Positions 39,101-50,355 of a stretch of DNA of 64,000 nucleotides are shown here, in pieces. The stretch lies in the NCBI RefSeq assembly GCF_964355755.1, contig NC_092672.1:2046001-2110000 (forward strand), read 5' to 3'. The stretch's first letter is position 1; the number at the start of each line of letters is the position of its first letter. This DNA is from Antedon mediterranea. Its lineage: Eukaryota; Animalia; Echinodermata. Both the position numbers and the translations under genes were made by a program. The notes under the pieces were generated by a model. The model ran no database searches, was not told where the DNA came from, and saw only the letters and a list, made by a program, of their open reading frames with translations.

Positions 39101-40400
39101 AAACTAATTATTTATTTATAAAATAATTTTATTGATTTTTAAGTACTGTAGACCTACTGCTATTGAAACACCGCGTATAATATATGTATAATGTATGTAT
39201 CAATAATTATTAGTTCTTGCCATCATTAGATAATATTTCATTTTACCCATTATTATGGCTAAAAACTTGTTTTTAAATAAAAAATAAACATATCATTAAT
39301 TTGTAAAAGACAAAATATTCTTTTAATTTTTCGAAGAGTTTTAATTTTATTTCTTAGGGCAACATTCTTCATTTAATTTCATTTAGTAATTAAATTGAAT
39401 TTTTTTTTATCTTTTGTGGTTTTTTAATTAAATTGAAATTTAAACAAAATAAATTGTTTCGGCATGCATGTAGACGTTACTGTCAATTACTGGAACATTT
39501 GATTATTTAGAATTAAATGATTTCGAACATGTTTCTAATGGTAGCTAGTGGCAGGAAACTCTTTGTACATCTAAGGATATATTAATTCGGTTATAATATT
39601 ATCACAATTTCCTATCTCTGTTTGAGTAATTCGTTCGTTCGTTTTCAGTGCTCATTTTGTATAACAGACAAAGGGACGTTTTTGGCGGAAGAAGAATGTT
39701 TAATTGTTGTTGTTGTTGTTGAATATGCCATTTTAATGTCACACAATAGATATAATTTGACTAAAAATTGGATCGAAAAAATATATATATACTGTAAATG
39801 TAATTTAAAGAAAAACATATTAAAATGTATTGATTTTTGGTTGAATTTAACTGTTTTTTGGGTTTTGCTGTTTTTTTTCCATACAAGTGTTTAACTTTAT
39901 TAAAACTTAAAAACTGCCTATTCAAAGTCTGGAAGAAGAAGATTCTTTGTTTTATATTTTTGAGGTAACCATAAAACATTTGTTACTACTATTATTGAGA
40001 TAATAAATACAAATTATATTTTAATTTGTCGCACGCATATTACACTCGAGGTAACAGCCGCATTCTGGGTCTAAACATTAGCTGGTCCTCGCGTGCCGCA
40101 CACATAATTACACTCAAGTCCTCGCGTGTCGCACGCATATTACACTATGATGTAACAGCCGCATTCTGGGTCTAAACATTAGCTTCTCGCGTGTCGCACG
40201 CATATAACATTCGAGGTAATATCAATGAGTTTTATACTGTAGGAGGCCTAAATAAAATAATTTGTAACTAATTCAATATTTTTTATTGCAGATGGTCTGA
40301 AAGTCAAGCAGTAGATGAATTTCTAAAAGATATGCCTGATCAAGTATTACAGACTATTCCATGGGCAAAGTCTCCAACCGCTTACTTGATTAAGAAATAA
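27178..40400 (+). CDS. TylF/MycF/NovP-family (macrocin O-methyltransferase-like) SAM-dependent O-methyltransferase, 226 aa, 5 exons
   Basis: Exons 27178-27316, 31554-31645, 35110-35304, 35923-36068, 40292-40400 (681 nt, GT-AG, phases 1/0/0/2). Protein: MSTTKDNTWEDTMWDSYNFLMKCPDVDRLRKILVRHELFQKSLTVPGDIVECGVFKGTGLMQFLKMRQMHMPGSMKKVIGFDLFTSQPKLEGNDDVQMSKLFTSSNFKGIQPEDLQNQAKMICGDNSLFELVAGDVCTSCSQYVENNPGFRISFLHMDLDVGPPTLEALKALWPRIVRGGIVVFDEYAISRWSESQAVDEFLKDMPDQVLQTIPWAKSPTAYLIKK. Family motifs: VPGDIVECGVFKG, GFD, LHMDLD, GGIVVFDEY, AVDEF. Confidence 0.9.
27672..28717 (+). mobile_element. 5'-truncated CR1/L2-group LINE (ORF2 C-terminus, 3' UTR, (TGAA)n tail)
   Basis: Post-RT motifs LIQCNFDYAYSSWY, KLQVMQN, APSYL, TFYATAINDWNKLP. 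AATAAATGAATGAATGAA tail. Confidence 0.85.
29500..29566 (-). repeat. Degenerate tRNA-derived SINE head
   Basis: Minus strand GAGCTGTGGCTTG...CCAGGGTTCAATCC, with box A/B-like motifs. Confidence 0.4.
32643..34105 (+). mobile_element. LINE ORF2 apurinic-like endonuclease domain (CR1/L2 group), 3'-truncated and interrupted near 33740-33900
   Basis: APE motifs LHINSRSL, IAVSETWL, GGGVGLYV, VGVIYRAP, LLGDFNIDL, RPTRIT...LIDNI, SDHLPIF. The frame continues with KTWMTDELLNSIKHKQKLY. Confidence 0.9.
34553..34848. repeat. Minisatellite, 22-bp unit (TTGCGTCTACGACTGCCTTGCG), about 13 copies, inside a family-A MITE
   Basis: Tandem units followed by the MITE end GGGAACCAAGC. Confidence 0.92.
35597..35784. 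mobile_element. MITE (Harbinger-like TIRs)
   Basis: TAAGGCCAATTTAC ... GTAAATTGGCCTTA. The internal motif is shared with 26827-26950. Confidence 0.6.
36305..36933 (+). mobile_element. 5'-truncated LINE (RT C-terminus, L2/Rex-like) with a (TATCTTG)n tail
   Basis: EIVESHKYLGLIIDNKLNW, FYSSVVQSIISYCIIVWF, DPSHPLH, TNRFRFS. AATAAA followed by a tandem tail. Confidence 0.85.
37080..38310 (-). mobile_element. 5'-truncated LINE with a C-terminal CCHC zinc knuckle (RTEX-like)
   Basis: ORF 38239-37544 with KFKARSNTLQLESR and CMLCKDEPEDLYHFMLNC, followed by an AT-rich 3' UTR. The 3' boundary is approximate. Confidence 0.75.
38650..38808 (+). mobile_element. LINE/SINE 3' tail
   Basis: Hairpin AAAGCCCC-TT-GGGGTTT, then AATAAA and (GAACTT)n. 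Confidence 0.45.
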
Positions 40401-41013
40401 ACAAATATACATCGAAAGTCAAAGCAAATTGTTAAATTTTTAACTTTTTAACTAATTGTATTACTTTTAAATATGAGCAAATAACGTGTTTGTATAAATA
40501 AACATGAACTTAACCCCCGAAATCGCGACCCCTTTCATTTAAACAAGGTTGGTAAACAGAGAGGCTGAAATTTGGAACGTTGGGGAATGGGATTCGTTCT
40601 TTCCCCTCCGCATCGCAAGGAAATACACAATTTAACGTAAGCCAAGGATCATACTAGCTGTAAGGTCAAATCACGGACCTATAAATGTATAGGTCCATGG
40701 TCAAATCAAGCTTGGTTCTTACATGGACGTAACGCAAGTGATTTGACCAATCATAAGCGATGGATAATCCAAACTGCTTGCGATTGGCCAACTTGCGTTG
40801 GGTCTCTAGTGGGAACCACGCTAGCTTTATACCTGTGTTGCGCGTACGACGTCCTTGCGTCGTGTCATACTCCACACAACGAGTGTGAGAACATTGGTAT
40901 TGTATTATTTTATTTTTTATTTTATTCAGTCAAAACCAACAGCGATAAATACCGCCACTAACAGGTTTGAAACATAAAACAATACATCAAAAACGGTTAA
41001 CAATAAAATACAG

Positions 41014-41055
<42 letters not shown>

Positions 41056-41305
41056 CATAGATCGGCATGCCATAAACCATTTCAATTTAAAATTTATATT
41101 AGTGCAACAATGTACTATTCACACACAAGCATTCTGTGTTTGTAGAATAAACGATACCTGAGCAATAATTAGATTGGTGGTGGGAAGGTGGTTGTATAAA
41201 TGTGAGAAAATCAATACCGATTAAAATATTTATAATTATTTTGAAATTAATATTCGTATGCAAATCAGTGGTGTAGATGGGTTGATGTCCGTTAAAGATA
41301 TATCA

Positions 41306-41459
41306 GACCATGATATGATATATAAAGACCATGATATGATATATAAAGACCATGATATGATATATAAAGACCATGATATGATATATAAAGACCATGATAT
41401 GATATATAAAGACCATGATATGATATATAAAGACCATGATATGATATATAAAGACCATG
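41306..41459. repeat. Minisatellite, 21-bp unit (GACCATGATATGATATATAAA), 7 copies
   Basis: Perfect tandem units. They explain ORFs 41236-41554. Confidence 0.95.
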
Positions 41460-42971
41460 GAGGTATAGTATATAATACCTCTATGACAAAGACCATGAGC
41501 AAAATTGGTTTAATTTTGTTGTTGAAAATGTTATTTATGGTCACACGACAATAGATTCACTTTGACTAAAAATTGGATGGAAACGACAAATATTTACGTG
41601 TAAAAAACTGTACTTTAACGCTTAGTAAAATGTATTGATTTTGGGATGAGTTTAACTGTTTATTTTGTCTGTTTATATCTGAAAACATAATTTGTTTTTT
41701 TATGTGTTACGTTACGTTAACGTTATTAAAACTACAAGAAAGACCAATATAAAGTGTGAGTTTGCTTAATGTTCATGGTATTCGGGAGACAATACACATC
41801 TTTATTTAATCATATAACAAAATACATTGCAGCATAACACGCTCTGAATTGTAGTATTGTACTATTATAGACAAATTACACAAACTAGATGGCACGCTCG
41901 CTTTTTTGGGACACTAAACAAAAACGGAAGTGTCCCCCTAATTGGGGTATTCAGAAATAGAGACAACAAAACCAATACTGGATTCCATAAAGGACAATTA
42001 ATTTATGTGGATTAAAGAAATTAGGGAGAAATGGAAATGTATGTACGGGAATTGGGCGACACGTGGTGGTGGTGATGGAACCGCAGTAATAAAGTTGATT
42101 GTATTTATATATTATAAGAACCAAACTAAATAAATAGACCTAGACATTCTGCGAAATGAAAATCGGAAATGCAAGCTCCTATAAAGTGTAAAATTAAACT
42201 GTAGTCTACCTAAATATTTAGGGCAAATCATCGGTTGTGGTGTTGAAATTCCTGTAAACATTAATTGTGTGAACCAAACTGGGTCGAATTTCTGTCATGA
42301 GTACTGATTTGTTGGCCTGTGATTTATGACGCCTAAGGGATCTATCTAGACTTATTTTTTAGAATAATGTACGTACCTGTCAGATACAATTGTCTTGTGT
42401 CGTATAATAAATAAGTACTGTAATAGTTACTGAAGTTACTATTACAATCTCGTCAATGAAAACACGAAAATGTATATGCACTTACTTATGAAAACGTATA
42501 CAGTATTATACTCAGTTATTGAAACAGTAGGTTTAAAAAAGTTTCGTTTGTCTGTAAAATGATGTAATCAAGCTGTTTACATGAGTCTTAATTTATAAGC
42601 ACATCAATAATAAAATAGTTTATCTATCCTGTAATTGGCGAGATTATGGTCGCTGTTGAATGAAATAAAGCCAATCGGTATCATATTTGTACAGAAACGT
42701 TTTCGCGGCCGAAGGGTGTAACCTAAATTCGTTGTATTATCGTCAAGAACTAACTGTAACTAAACTTACATAGAAAGTAGGGTATCATAAATTTGGCCTT
42801 AGCACTCGGGGGAGTGGCTAAGATGAAGTCCGTGGGACTACTAAATATAAATTGTAATGAACCTCGAGGGACATAAATAGGAATATTTCATGTTTCATTA
42901 TCAATGTATAATAAATGGAAACTGTTTACCGATTCAAATAATAGAAATTGGTTTTTAACATTTTCCGAACC

Positions 42972-44103
42972 TATTGCAAGTTTATTCTCAAAGGGCCCAT
43001 ATATTTACCTACCGTATGTGTTAAACCAAGGGCTCATAAATTTACCTACAGTACTTGTGTTAAACCAAACTCTGGCAGACTGAGAGATTGGGATGTTCCA
43101 TTCATCGCAAATCAATACATTTGTATAATCGTATATTAAATCTATCAAAATAGTATTTTTTAAAGAAAATCGGCCTGTCTTCAACATTATGATGGTGTAC
43201 TCTAGCAATCTATCAAAATAGTATTTTTTAAAGAAAATCGGCCTGTCTTCAACATTATGATGGTGTACTCTAGCTGTTCAACCGGTTTTCAGCTATTAAA
43301 AACAATTATCGTAGGAGGAGATAGGAAAATGCGAAGCCTCCTCGCTATGTAACATTAGGGTTGAGGGATGGGAAAGCGGATAGGTACAAAGAGGAACAAT
43401 TTTTAAATATATTCTTTATCCACTGAGTAACGAAATATTTTGTTCATGTTTTATAGGCCTATAAATAATATACCTCTAAATACAGTAGGCCTAAAACATT
43501 TGCGATTTAATACTTTGTTAAAACTGTCACTGTCATAATCGATTGAAATATTAAAGTACATGTATCGATACACCACTATGACGTTTATATTTTTGGTAAT
43601 TATTAATTAATACAAACGTTGAGAAGGAACTGTCAGTATAAAGTTTATTTGTATATCTAACAGTAGAGCCTATCCACAGTCTCAGTAATAACGTTTATTT
43701 GTATATATTTTTATATTACATCTAACAGTACGAACATTCACAGTAAGAAATGTTCGATTCAAATGAAAAATAGTTAATAGGTATTTACAGTATTGTCAAA
43801 GTATTGCAAGTTTATTCTCAAAGGGCCCATATATTTACCTACCGTATGTGTTCAAGGGCTCATAAATTTACCTACAGTACTTGTGTTAAACCAAACTCTG
43901 GCAGACTGAGAGATTGGGATGTTCCATTCATCGCAAATCAATACATTTGTATAATCGTATATTAAATCTATCAAAATAGTATTTTTTAAAGAAAATCGGC
44001 CTGTCTTCAACATTATGATGGTGTACTCTAGCTGTTCAACCGGTTTTCAGCTATTAAAAACAATTATCGTAGGAGGAGATAGAAAAATGCGAAGCCTCCT
44101 CGC
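42972..44103. repeat. Direct duplication of about 300 bp (42972-43345 and 43803-44103)
   Basis: Near-identical blocks starting TATTGCAAGTTTATTCTCAAAGGGCCC. The first has an internal tandem copy of about 68 bp. Confidence 0.9.
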
Positions 44104-46031
44104 ATTTTTTTGGCGGGTATTTTTCAAGATGGACATCCATTAGACAGTGTATACCACGATCGGAAAACACCCCTATTTGGGGCAAATCGTTTAACCTAAA
44201 TTCGTTTTAATCGTCAATAACTAATTATTTAACTCAATTTAATTAGCAAACAGGGTTACATCAGGCGGTTAAAATCAGTACCGAAAGTACGAACCAACTT
44301 TACATACCATCGAGTGAAAATTCTAGAAGTAAGGCGCGATTTACCGAATTTTGCCCTTACGTAAATTTATATATAGATGAAAACAAAAGACAGACACAAT
44401 AAAGAACAATACAAAGAGAGAAATAGCAAACGCTACCATACTATTGTACTATTATAGACAAATTAAACAAATGAAAACAAAAGACAGACACAATAAAAAA
44501 CAATACAAAGAGAGAAATAGCACTGACGCTACCATACAATCATAAGCAGTTTCTTTCTCAAAGATGTAATCATAGTGCGACCAATAACATTTCATATAGG
44601 CTAGGCCTACCAGCAGCATAAATGTGAAATAATTCTAAAATCTAAAAGGATACGGTTGAAATGTTAATAGACTAAGCATGGAGGAAATTTTCTAAGTATT
44701 ATTACCTAATACATAAACGGTTTCTGAATAGAAATGGTATGTTGAATAAAAAATAGAAAAATGTACGTATTGTTTCGTTTTAAATAACATCTTTTCATGC
44801 GTGGCGTCAGACATCACATCTCCTGGGGAGAAAATATACATGGTTTTGTATTATGACAATAGTTAGCCGAATCATGAACTCATGATCAAACTACTATAAA
44901 AGTTTACTTTAGCCAATGTTATTGTAAAATAAACGATTACCAATGCGTTCAGGTAATAAAATCAATACGCACACATCATTATTCACTAAATTTCCCAAGG
45001 CGCTTGTAGAAAAACTAATCTGTAAACGTAAAAACAACAAATCTAGACAAAACCCACCAAACTGCATTCAGTTTACCAGCAATTTAATGTGCATAGACCG
45101 GCTGCTACATAACTCGCAGTTTTTCTCAGTTATGTGAGCATGTAACTAGATAATTAACAAGAAATATTTCTTACAAAAAACGCTGCTCGCTTATTGAAAA
45201 ATATTTTTTATTTCAAATTTGTTTTTGAATGTGTCATTTTATTGTCACATAATAGTTATTTTACCTGAAAAATGTAATTTAAAGCAACAAATACTTAAAT
45301 TGTCTGTCAGAAAATGGTTTTTCGGTTTCTTTTCTCTTTTTATATGTGAATAATATTGTTTTTTGTTACAGAAGTGAATACTCAATTTCTGTCACTTTAG
45401 TTAATTTTATTGCTAAGGTCAAGTCTGGGGGTCACTTCATCACCCTAGATATTTCAAGTGTGAAGTATCCTATTACATACACAAACTTTAATGAACTGTT
45501 TTGATAATAATTCAATGTATATCTGACAGTGAATTACAGTCAAAAGTCAGTATTATAGTCAAATAGGACTCATAAATATCAGAAATGCTTTGGGATTTGT
45601 AATTTTAGCATGACATGTCCTAATAGACGCTTTTCCCAGACGTTTTTTTGGGTCTAGCAGCTGAAATCTATACATTATAGTGGAGTTTCCATTTTCGCAT
45701 AACTGTCGTCCTTAGATACTATAACTGCTGCTTGCTTTAGCTTCTGATTGAATAGTCCTAATGGGAAGTAGCGGGCTAGAGATGTCAAAAAGCATCTAAC
45801 AGCTGATAAGTCTTTATAGTACACAAAATGTTGAAAAGTTGATTTGCTAGCACGAATGTAAATTGGTCACTCTTATTCCAAAGACGAGGTTTATGGTTCT
45901 GCTGCTGCAACAGAAAAACAAATTCACCAGGAGCGTGCTGATCCGGGTTCCACAAGAGAACACCAGCTTAAGCCTTCGTGGGCATGTACCACCACATAAG
46001 CAGCAGCTCACCAAGGACATTGGAAGTGATC

Positions 46032-46135
46032 AGCAGTGGACGAGTTTCTAAAAGATATGCCAGATCAAGTTCACAGACTATTCCACGGACAAATTAAATA
46101 TGAGCAAATAACGTGTTCGTGTAAACGACACGAAT
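46032..46135 (+). pseudogene. Decayed copy of the TylF-like gene last exon and 3' UTR
   Basis: GCAGTGGACGAGTTTCTAAAAGATATGCCAGATCAAGT encodes AVDEFLKDMPDQV, as at 40308-40346. It is followed by a 1-bp deletion and a larger deletion that joins to the UTR motif AAATATGAGCAAATAACGTGTT. Confidence 0.8.
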
Positions 46136-46503
46136 TTCGAACCACAGTCCCATGAGAAACTTCTTGTTACTTTATCTTGAGATTATTTAGAGGGTTGGGT
46201 TTAGTTAGATTTGGGAAGTAGTTCGACTACTTTTCACAAGATGTTCCCAACTTATGTACGAAAACAAAATCGCGTCCAAAAGATCTACTGTGTAGAGTTT
46301 AGTAAGTGTGGTGGGATCGATTCAGATTTGAAACCATGGTCTACCACTCTACCAGTCCATAATATCTACAAGATTGGTCGGATACGCTACTCAATCTAGA
46401 AACATTAAAGGGCATTTGTTTCAAGTTGTACAGCATTAAAAGAAACAGATACTGAAAACAAATTACTGATAAAAAACATGATTGTATACAATATTGCTCC
46501 TCT

Positions 46504-46935
46504 ATTTATTTTCTGCGGAAGCCCTTAGTGCACAATTTCTTAAGAACAGAGCATTATACAGTAAGTATGGTTATGAAGCCATTATATAAATATTGCATTA
46601 AGAAATTACCATTTATTATTTTCTGCGGAAGCCCTTAGGGCACAATTTCTTAAGAACAGAGCATTATACAGTAAGTATGGTTATGAAGCCATTATATAAA
46701 TATTGCATTAAGAAATTACCATTTATTATTTTCTGCGGAAGCCCTTAGGGCACAATTTCTTAAGAACAGAGCATTATACAGTAAGTTTGGTTATGAAGCC
46801 ATTATATAAATATTGCATTATGAAATTAACATTTATTATTTTCTTCGGAAGCCCTTAGAGCACAATTTCTTAAGAACAGAGCATTATACGGTAAGTATGG
46901 TATGAAGTCATTATATACATATTGCATTAAGAAAT
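46504..46935. repeat. Tandem repeat, 110-bp unit, about 4 copies (copy 1)
   Basis: Units start in register at 46511, 46621, 46731 and 46841. Confidence 0.92.
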
Positions 46936-47439
46936 ATTAATTTATTGAAAGCAAGCTAAACACAGTTTGACTTTTCGCACCAATTGAAATATTGCAGCTA
47001 AAATGTATTATTAAATTACTTAATTTGGTGCAGTAACATTTAAAGATATATTGTCCCCTTAAAAAAAAAAAATTCAAATTTGTTTTTTTAATATACCATT
47101 TTAATGTCACGTAATAGTTATTCACTTTGACCAAAAACTAGAACGGAAAAAAACAAACAATTATTTATCTGAATAAAATGTAATTTAAAGCAAAAAATAC
47201 TTAAACGTTCTGCCAGACAATGGTTTTGGGTTAAAATTAAATGTTTCTTTTGACTTTTTATAAGTGAAAAAATTATAAAATTTTTTTTACAGAAGTGAAT
47301 AACTTTATTAAAACTGCAAATGGCCTATATAAAGTTTGATTTTATTAATGTTCATTTTTCATGTTCTTAAACTAAAAAAAAAACATGTACTTAACAGAAA
47401 TATCGTTTAACAAAATATTTATTATATAAGGAATTGGAT

Positions 47440-47641
47440 TTAGTCCGTTTTGTTTTCTGTAAGTGGATATATCTGAGTGGCTGTGACTCCAACACTGCTT
47501 CTTCTGGAGCTCATACTGTTTAGAACCTTCCATCGTCTCGTCACTGGATTGTACCGTTCGACACCGTTTAGGCTACTGCTGCCGTTGTTGCCACCAATCA
47601 CGTACAAATGACCTTTTAACGCCACAGTGTCGTGTGTGCTT
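47440..47641 (-). pseudogene. KLHL17: Duplicated, intact KLHL17 terminal exon (pseudo-exon or alternative last exon)
   Basis: 202 nt with the acceptor TTATTTTAG kept and the frame open to the stop. It differs from 53349-53550 at 6 positions (3 synonymous, 3 non-synonymous). Confidence 0.75.
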
Positions 47642-48813
47642 CTAAAATAATATCAACATTTATACATAATAAATAATTACAAAGGATCAACATTATTCCC
47701 ACTCTTTAATAACACTGAACTCATGTAATGTATATCAACTCGATTAAACCTTTTTTTTTTCAATTCTAGTTAACATTTATTTCTTTCAAAACAAAACAAC
47801 AATAAAAAAGAACATTTCTTTTCATTTACAAATATTTTATGAAATTATAACAGACTAGAAAAGAAAGAAGTGTCTTTAAAAAAAAATGGTAATATATTTT
47901 TTTGAGTTTTGAAAGTGGCAAGGTCCCAAAAAGTAAAATCAAAAGGAAAAACCAATAGAAACTTGTGTTGGATAAGAAGAGATAATAATACTCTTTCATA
48001 CATATGAAAACATGAAGCAGCGGTGGAAGCTTTATGATTATGATGCTCGTTTTGTCAGTGAGGTCAGAGGTCATTTATTTTAATCACCTATTACCTGTAT
48101 AAGCTATGCTATGCTGAACATTGTAACAATTATGGACCAAAGATTATGTTTTCTCTTTTGTGAGTACTGTTCACTTATTATTATTACCATTTCCATTATA
48201 AACATCAATATACATATCATGTACACCACCAAAATTACGAGCAAGAATCAATATCATAAGGCATTTAATGAAAATGCAGACTGTTATGCGACATAAAATC
48301 TATTCTCATATCAGAACTATAATCAGCATATACATTTCATATCGCATAATATTATTATTTAAATTTACATTACTTTTTTTTGTATGTATACTATAACATA
48401 TGGTATGGTATCGGTAAATGTTTCTGTTTTGGAAGCAATTATAATAAATTAGTTTTAAATTCAGTAAATACAAATTAGGTTGATAATTGATTGATAAGTA
48501 ATGTAATGAAAACCATGAATAAATACTACAGTCAACTCTCCCAATATCAGAATTTTGGAAAACCAGAAACTCTCCCAATACCAGACTCTCTGAAACTGGA
48601 AACTTTCCCATACCAGACTCTCTGGAAACTGAAAACTTTCCCAATACCAGACTCTCTGAAAACTGGAAACTCTCCCAATACCAGACTTTTCTTGAAGACC
48701 AAAAGGTACCAAATCCTTTTTTACCATTGAAAACACATTCTGAATACCAGACTTTCTAGAAAACCAGACATATTTGGCCAGCCCAAAGGTGTCCGGTATT
48801 CAAAGAGTACCAA

Positions 48814-48850
48814 CCTTCTTGTTGTCATTGGCGTCACAGGCTCCCACATG
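48814..48850 (-). pseudogene. Truncated copy of the 3' end of the KLHL17 penultimate exon at the duplication breakpoint
   Basis: Encodes MWEPVTPMTTR(R), matching 54748-54782, then switches abruptly to TylF 3' UTR sequence. Confidence 0.8.
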
Positions 48851-50355
48851 TCTTGTTTTTAACTTTTTAACTAATTGTATTACTTTTAAATATGAGCAAA
48901 TAACGTGTTTGTAGGCCTATAAATAAACACGAACTTAAACCCCGAAATCGCGACCCCTTTCATTTAAACAAGGTAGGTGTACAGAGAGGCTGAAATTTGG
49001 AACGTTGGGGGAATGGGATTCGTTCTTCCCCCAGGCCTCCGCATCGCAAGGAAATACACAATTTAACGTAAGCCAAGGATCATACTAGCTGTAAGGTCAA
49101 ATCACGGACCTATAAATGTATAGGTCCATGGTCAAATCAAGCTTGGTTCTTACATGGTAACGCAAGTGATTTGACCAATCACAAGCGATGGATAATCCAA
49201 ATTGTCTAAGTTTTTATTCCCTGATGCATTCATGGTTTCTGAAATGGTATGTTGAATACAAAAATAGAAAAAATGTATTGTTTCGTTTTAAATAAACATC
49301 TTTTCATGCGTGGCGTTATTACACAACGTCTGGGGATCGGAGAAAATATGCATGATGGTTTTGTATTAATGACTATAGCAGAATCATTCATGAACTCATG
49401 AATTTCTGATCAAAACCTATTGTATAAAGTTCACTTTATTAGACAATGTAATTGTAGAATAAACGATTACCAATGCGTTCAGGTAATAAAATCTGTTACG
49501 CACACATCATATCCACTAAATTTCTCAAGGCGCTTGTAGAAAAACTAATCCGTCAACGTAAAAAACAAACCTAGACAAAACCGACACAACTGCATTCAGT
49601 TTACCAGCAATTTAATTTACATAGACCGGCTGCTACATAACTCACAGGTGTTCTCAGTTTATGTGAGCATGTAACCAGACAATTAAAAACCTAAGGTTAA
49701 ATTATGCCAAAAGCATCTAACAGCTGATATGTCTTTTTAGTGTACTCTTGAAAAATGTAAAGTTGATTTGCTAGCACGAATAATGTGCATTGGTTAACTT
49801 ATTCTGTCCATATATGGGCACATTTTGTAGTCACATAAATGTTTATAGTGTAAACAGAGCTTAAGAGAAACGACAGTTCGAAGAATCCATCACTAAAATT
49901 GCGTTGCGCTTACCTTCTTCTTTCGTCCTTGTGTTACGACCAATCAAAAGTGATGGATCATTCAAACTGTCGCTTGTCATTGGTCAACTCGCTTGCGTTG
50001 CGTCTACGTCATTGTTATAATTTTGCGTAAATGAAAAGCGCTAGTAATGTTTAAATGTCAGCTCATGCTCAATGATGTGTCTAGATTCCCAGGTTCTTCA
50101 TAAAGTACACATTAATTAATTTATTTATTCAACTTAAAAATAAATAAAAACTTACTATATAAGATAAGATAAATAATAATAATAAAAAAAAAACAGCTGT
50201 GAATATCGACTAGTTCCGTGATAATCAATGATTGTGGGAACTCATAACGATGAAGATGAAGAAATTTGTTTTACAATGGTAGCTTCTCTGACAGCTGTAT
50301 TACAGCAGTACAGCTGACTTGAAAAGGCCCTACAACAATAAAATCACTGCATGTT

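Noticed and set aside
27178-40400. Bacterial contamination as the source of the TylF-like sequence
   Set aside because: The gene has four spliceosomal introns filled with host LINEs and MITEs, and it shares a duplication with the adjacent KLHL17.
1882-40400. Carboxypeptidases plus methyltransferase as a biosynthetic gene cluster
   Set aside because: Adjacency is the only link. The peptidases are secreted and the methyltransferase lacks a signal peptide.
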